NCBI GenBank assembly: GCA_963727625.1 | Contig: CAVSHR010000006.1 | Coordinates: 1 to 64,000, forward strand | Direction: 5' to 3' | DNA length: 64,000 nt | Origin: an uncultured delta proteobacterium | GTDB taxonomy: Bacteria > Desulfobacterota > Binatia > UBA9968 | Shown here: piece by piece, positions 62,598-64,000 of the stretch | How the letters are laid out: each line of letters opens with the position of its first letter | Numbering within the stretch: position 1 is the first letter of the stretch | The notes under the pieces: model-generated | Seen by the model: only the letters and a program-made list of their open reading frames with translations | Databases searched by the model: none | Told to the model about the DNA's origin: nothing | Program-made: the position numbers and the translations under genes

Positions 62598-63071
62598 ATG
62601 GATTGGGTTAAAGCAGCGCTATTGACGGGACTTTTAAATTTACTGTTGATGAATTTGGCGCCGCCGATATGGGCGGCGGACTATGGCCGACGCAATTCTT
62701 GTCGTCGCGCCGATCGCCTGCAGATTCAAGACCTCGATATGACGCCTGACCCGGTGGTTGAGGGCCAGCGCGTGCGTGAGTGGAAAGTGCGCATCCGTTT
62801 CGACGGCCGGCGTAATTGCGAAACCGACATTGTCGTTCACGAAGGCGGCAACAACGTCGGCTCCCTGCGCAACTACAACCTGCGGCCCGGCATCAATGAA
62901 GTTACGATTCCCGTGTCCGAGCGCTTTAGCATGCGCGGGCGCGAACATTGTTTCACCGTCCAGGTCGATCTCGACGGCACACGCCAGAGAGTCGACGCCG
63001 ACCGCCGCTTTTGTGCCGCGCAAAGAACCATGTGGTCGATGCGCGAGCGCGGAGATCCCCGGCGGAGGTAA
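62598..63071 (+). CDS. secreted hypothetical protein
   Basis: AGGAGG RBS, signal peptide, four Cys, beta-rich. Confidence 0.75.
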   Translation: MDWVKAALLTGLLNLLLMNLAPPIWAADYGRRNSCRRADRLQIQDLDMTPDPVVEGQRVREWKVRIRFDGRRNCETDIVVHEGGNNVGSLRNYNLRPGINEVTIPVSERFSMRGREHCFTVQVDLDGTRQRVDADRRFCAAQRTMWSMRERGDPRRR

Positions 63072-63152
63072 GAGATTCCTTAACTGTTGTCTTTCTGCGA
63101 CAGGCTGCGGGCAATCTGCCTGGACCGACTCGGCAAAGCGGATTCCCGCAGT

Positions 63153-64000
63153 CTAATCGCCCCAGACTTTCCTCGCCGTTTCGAGCATCACGTCTAACTT
63201 CCGGAACTGATCTTCGTCGCTCAACAAATTACCGCGCAGGCTGGATGCGAATCCGCATTGCGGGCTGAGCGCCAGCTGCTCCAGCGGCAGATAGCGCGCG
63301 GCGTCGTCGATCCGGCGCCGCAATTCATCGACGTTCTCGACCCGGCTCACTTTGGAGCTGATCAAGCCGAGGACGGCGATCTTGCCCTTCGGGACAAAAC
63401 GTAACGGTTCGAAGCCGCCGGCTCGCTCGGTATCGTACTCCAGCAAAAGCCGCTGATGGTTGAGCCCGTTGAATAATTTTTCCGCGATGGCGTCATAGTG
63501 CCCTTCGCGGTGCCACATGCTTTGACGGTTGCCGCGGCAGATGTGAATGCCGAACGTTACATCAGGACAATCAGCAATGACTTCGTTGTCAGCTCGGATG
63601 GATCGCTCCATGATCGCCAAGGGCTCTTCGCCGCGCGCGTGCATCGCCGCCAGTGAATCCGGGTCGACGTAGGCGGTATAGCCCGGGCCGTCAATGCCGA
63701 CGTAGCGACAGCCCGCTTGCGTCAATTGTCCGACCATCTGTCGCTCGATGGCAACCACGTCGCGCAAAAACTCGTCGGTGCTCGGATACACCGACCTCGA
63801 CGCCGCGCTGTCGTAGCATTGTTGGATTCGATCCGGTCCGATCAAAGTCACTTTAACCGGACGCTCGGTCAGGCTTTGGGTAAAGCGATAATCGTCGAGC
63901 AAAGAGTTTCGTAGTAATTGCAGTCGTTGCGTGACGCGCTTGCGGTTGAGCAGGATCGGATCCTGGCCTTTATGGGCGGTCGATTCATCGCTGTCGGCGC
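63153..64000 (-). CDS. cobalamin-independent methionine synthase II family protein (5' end outside the window)
   Basis: HICRGN, LLEYD, LGLISSK, LSPQCGFAS. Confidence 0.9.
   Translation of the reverse strand, partial: ADSDESTAHKGQDPILLNRKRVTQRLQLLRNSLLDDYRFTQSLTERPVKVTLIGPDRIQQCYDSAASRSVYPSTDEFLRDVVAIERQMVGQLTQAGCRYVGIDGPGYTAYVDPDSLAAMHARGEEPLAIMERSIRADNEVIADCPDVTFGIHICRGNRQSMWHREGHYDAIAEKLFNGLNHQRLLLEYDTERAGGFEPLRFVPKGKIAVLGLISSKVSRVENVDELRRRIDDAARYLPLEQLALSPQCGFASSLRGNLLSDEDQFRKLDVMLETARKVWGD

Overview
GC-rich bacterial chromosome segment. The gene repertoire (many Amidohydro_2, LLM, Bug/NMT1-type binding proteins, MoxR operon, AsmA) resembles Candidatus Binatia/deltaproteobacteria-like genomes; this is an inference. 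The first ~12 kb is an accessory hotspot. It holds a RAYT (HUH/Y1) transposase, an IS1182 relic and four toxin-antitoxin loci (Phd-RelE, VapC with an unusually large partner, orphan HigA, HicBA). These loci share short boundary motifs and are interleaved with diverged duplicates of neighbouring gene parts (comE, sulfatase), suggesting a cassette-like mobilisation system. The remainder is mostly catabolic, redox and regulatory genes. Highlights are a UGA-recoded peroxiredoxin-like selenoprotein with a SECIS-like hairpin, a divergent IspH-like Fe-S protein paired with an atypical ferredoxin, a sigma54 activator-fasciclin unit, a frameshifted mosaic katG and many gene relics. No rRNA, tRNA or CRISPR array was seen. 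All product calls come from motif recognition by eye, not database searches.
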